Assembly: GCA_035541015.1 (NCBI GenBank)
Contig: DATLFM010000035.1
Span: forward strand, 1-63,515
Reading direction: 5' to 3'
From: Thermoplasmatota archaeon
Lineage (GTDB): Archaea; Thermoplasmatota; SW-10-69-26; JACQPN01; JAIVGT01
Length of the DNA: 63,515 bases
This document shows positions 61,894 through 63,515 of the stretch, in pieces. How positions within the stretch are numbered: position 1 is the first letter of the stretch; each line of letters starts with the position of its first letter. The position numbers and the translations under genes are program-made. The notes under the pieces were generated by a model. That model was not told the origin of the DNA. It saw only the letters and a list, made by a program, of their open reading frames with translations, and made no database searches.

Positions 61894-62559
61894 CTAGGCC
61901 CCTCCCTCGCCGGGCTTCGCCTCGGGCGCTCGCCCGCCGCGCGGCCCGCCGCGCCCGCCGCCGCCCCTGCGGGCGCCTCCGCCCTGGGGCTTCTCGGGAA
62001 GCTTTCCTTCCTTGCGCAGGCGGTCCTCCTCGATCCATTCGAGCTTGCCAAGGCCCGTCTGGCGCATGGTGAGACCGATCTTGCTCTCGCGGGGGGAGAG
62101 CTCGTTGAGCGAAACCGTGACGAGGCGCGCGCGCACCTTGTCGTTGATCGCAAGCATGCGGCCGGACTCCTTTCCGATGAGCCGCTCGTTGTCGATGTCG
62201 ACGTTGAGGTAGTCGTTCATGATCTGGCTCATGTGCAGGAGGCCGTCCAGGGGCCCAAAGCGCACGAAGGCGCCGAACTCGACGACCTCGCAGATGGTGC
62301 CCTCGACGAGCTCGCCCACCGCGGGCAGGAAGCAGACGGCGGCGTACCGGACGCGCTGGAACACCGCGCCGTCGCCGTGAATGACGCGTCCCTCGCCCAC
62401 GCGTTCGATGTTGAAGGCGGCCACGACGAGCCCGTGCTTCTTGTTGAGCCGGCCCTCGATGTTCTTGTGCACGAGCTTCTTTACGACCTCGGCCTGCTCG
62501 TAGCCAAGCTCGGTGGGCGGGATGCGGACGGTGTCTTCGAGCGAGACGATCTGGTACAT
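61894..62559 (-). CDS. rpoE: DNA-directed RNA polymerase subunit E' (Rpo7) with an RGG-rich C-terminal extension
   Basis: MYQIVSLEDTVRIPPTELG... is followed by the S1 domain GELVEGTICEVVEFGAFVRFGPLDGLLHMSQI. The tail is GGGARRGGGGRGGPRGGRAPEAKPGEGGA. Confidence 0.9.
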   Translation of the reverse strand: MYQIVSLEDTVRIPPTELGYEQAEVVKKLVHKNIEGRLNKKHGLVVAAFNIERVGEGRVIHGDGAVFQRVRYAAVCFLPAVGELVEGTICEVVEFGAFVRFGPLDGLLHMSQIMNDYLNVDIDNERLIGKESGRMLAINDKVRARLVTVSLNELSPRESKIGLTMRQTGLGKLEWIEEDRLRKEGKLPEKPQGGGARRGGGGRGGPRGGRAPEAKPGEGGA

Positions 62560-62652
62560 CGCGGGGGCCTCTGTTGGAGAAGGGCGGGTGACGCCGAGGA
62601 CCCGGCAGGCTGCCGCGACTCCTGGGGCGCAGGGGCCTGATTCGGGAGGTAG

Positions 62653-62660
62653 TATTTAAG
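62653..62660. promoter_or_regulatory. AT-rich TATA-like element (TATTTAAG / CTTAAATA) between divergent rpoE and the S8 protease gene
   Basis: The only AT-rich octamer in the 176-nt spacer. It lies 76 nt from ATG 62736 (+) and about 95 nt from ATG 62559 (-), so both genes would have leaders. Confidence 0.3.
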
Positions 62661-62735
62661 TCATTGGGCTCCAAACACGTCGGCCCGAAAAACGTTAAGG
62701 GGCCGTCCGCAGCCTTCCGGGGTCGGAGGCATCCG

Positions 62736-63515
62736 ATGCTGCACCGCTCCAGACCGTCGGCCGTCCTCGTCGTCGCGGCGCTCGTGGCGGCAGGCTGGGC
62801 GGCCGCCACCTTCGAGGTCGCCCACGCGGCGCCCATGACCGACTCGCTTGCGCAGGCCCTTGAAGCCGGGTCGACGGTCTGGATCCTCGCTCAATTCACG
62901 GACCACGGCACGGCCGCCCGTATCCTCGCCTCGCTTGGCGATCGGCCCGGGTTCGGCTACGTTTCCGTTCCCGCGCTTGCATTCGAAGCCACGCCCGCCG
63001 AGGTCCGCGCGCTCGCCCGCACCCCGGGGGTGACGTACCTTGAGCTTGGCGCCTTCGAGCCGCTGCTTCTGGACACGGCCACGGAGGCCAGCCGCGCCTT
63101 GGCCGTGTGGGGGACGGCCCATGGCGGGCCCATCGTGGATCCCGTGACGGGCGCGGCCATCGACGGCACGGGCGTGGGCATCGCGGTCGTCGATTCCGGC
63201 GTCTCCTCGTTCCACCCCGACCTCCAAGGGCAAACGATCATGAACGTGCGCACGACGCCCATAGACTCCCTGCTGGCTTGGTTCAGCTTGCCTCGAAGCG
63301 GCGTCGGGGACAGCTTCCTCTCCGCAGCCACGACCGAGGCCGCGTCCGACCACGGGACGCACGTGGCCGGCATCGCGCTGGGCGACGGAAGCGCATCCAA
63401 CGGAAAGTTCCGGGGCGCCGCTCCGGGCGCGCGCCTGTACGCCTTTGGCGCCGGCGCGGGCCAGTCCATCTTCGTGCCAGGCGCTGCCGCGGCCTTCGAT
63501 TGGGTGCTGCAGCAT
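62736..63515 (+). CDS. Subtilisin-like serine protease (peptidase S8), 3'-truncated by the window end; not in the ORF track
   Basis: My own translation gives a signal peptide MLHRSRPSAVLVVAALVAAGWAAATFEVAHA and an I9-like propeptide (WILAQFTD...FEATPAEVRALARTPGVTYLE). The catalytic Asp motif is GVGIAVVDSGV and the His motif is SDHGTHVAGIALG. The frame stays open to nt 63515. Confidence 0.85.
   Translation, partial: MLHRSRPSAVLVVAALVAAGWAAATFEVAHAAPMTDSLAQALEAGSTVWILAQFTDHGTAARILASLGDRPGFGYVSVPALAFEATPAEVRALARTPGVTYLELGAFEPLLLDTATEASRALAVWGTAHGGPIVDPVTGAAIDGTGVGIAVVDSGVSSFHPDLQGQTIMNVRTTPIDSLLAWFSLPRSGVGDSFLSAATTEAASDHGTHVAGIALGDGSASNGKFRGAAPGARLYAFGAGAGQSIFVPGAAAAFDWVLQH

Noticed and set aside
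1-63515. I searched for CRISPR arrays, tRNA/rRNA genes, transposases, integrases, phage genes and toxin-antitoxin or restriction-type defence genes.
   Set aside because: No regularly spaced repeats were seen. No cloverleaf-like or rRNA-like segments appear in the few spacers, all of which are under 270 nt. No recognisable mobile-element or defence protein motifs occur in any frame. The island shows no flanking att-like repeats within the window.

Overview
High-GC (~70%) archaeal window. Evidence for Archaea: ribosomal proteins eS31 and eS24, Spt4, Rpo7/RpoE', GTP-dependent dephospho-CoA kinase, TATA boxes about 30 nt upstream of near-leaderless starts, and PGF-CTERM-type sorting tails. The proteome is not acid-shifted, so a non-halophilic euryarchaeon is likely; Thermoplasmatota-like is only a guess. 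The window has two parts. (i) nt 1-54857, entirely on the + strand, is an envelope-protein island. It holds a truncated helical membrane protein and two paralogous ~825-aa beta-propeller/Ig surface proteins that flank an orphan Cys-rich secreted protein. Then comes a ~46-kb run of nine cistrons (7879-53771) joined by ATGA/GTGA stop-start overlaps. These encode giant secreted proteins of 1219, 1207, 3898, 4514, 1361 and 2109 aa. Most end in a PGF-CTERM-like tail and they are saturated with N-glycosylation sequons. The run ends in a DUF4129 / DUF4350-like / DUF58 / small membrane protein set, followed by a separately promoted MoxR AAA+ ATPase. I consider this fusion of a MoxR-DUF58-DUF4129 module to a giant surface-protein operon the most interesting candidate system. 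(ii) nt 55123-63515 is ordinary housekeeping: SerB, UPF0146, a GNAT acetyltransferase, UPF0058, 3-hydroxyacyl-CoA dehydrogenase, Bcp peroxiredoxin, a small orphan, a GT4 glycosyltransferase, eS31, eS24, dephospho-CoA kinase, Spt4 (59 aa, absent from the ORF track), Rpo7, and the 5' part of an S8 subtilase. I saw no rRNA, tRNA, CRISPR array, transposase or integrase. Many very long antisense and off-frame ORFs in the track are high-GC artefacts. All family assignments come from motif recognition by eye, not from searches.
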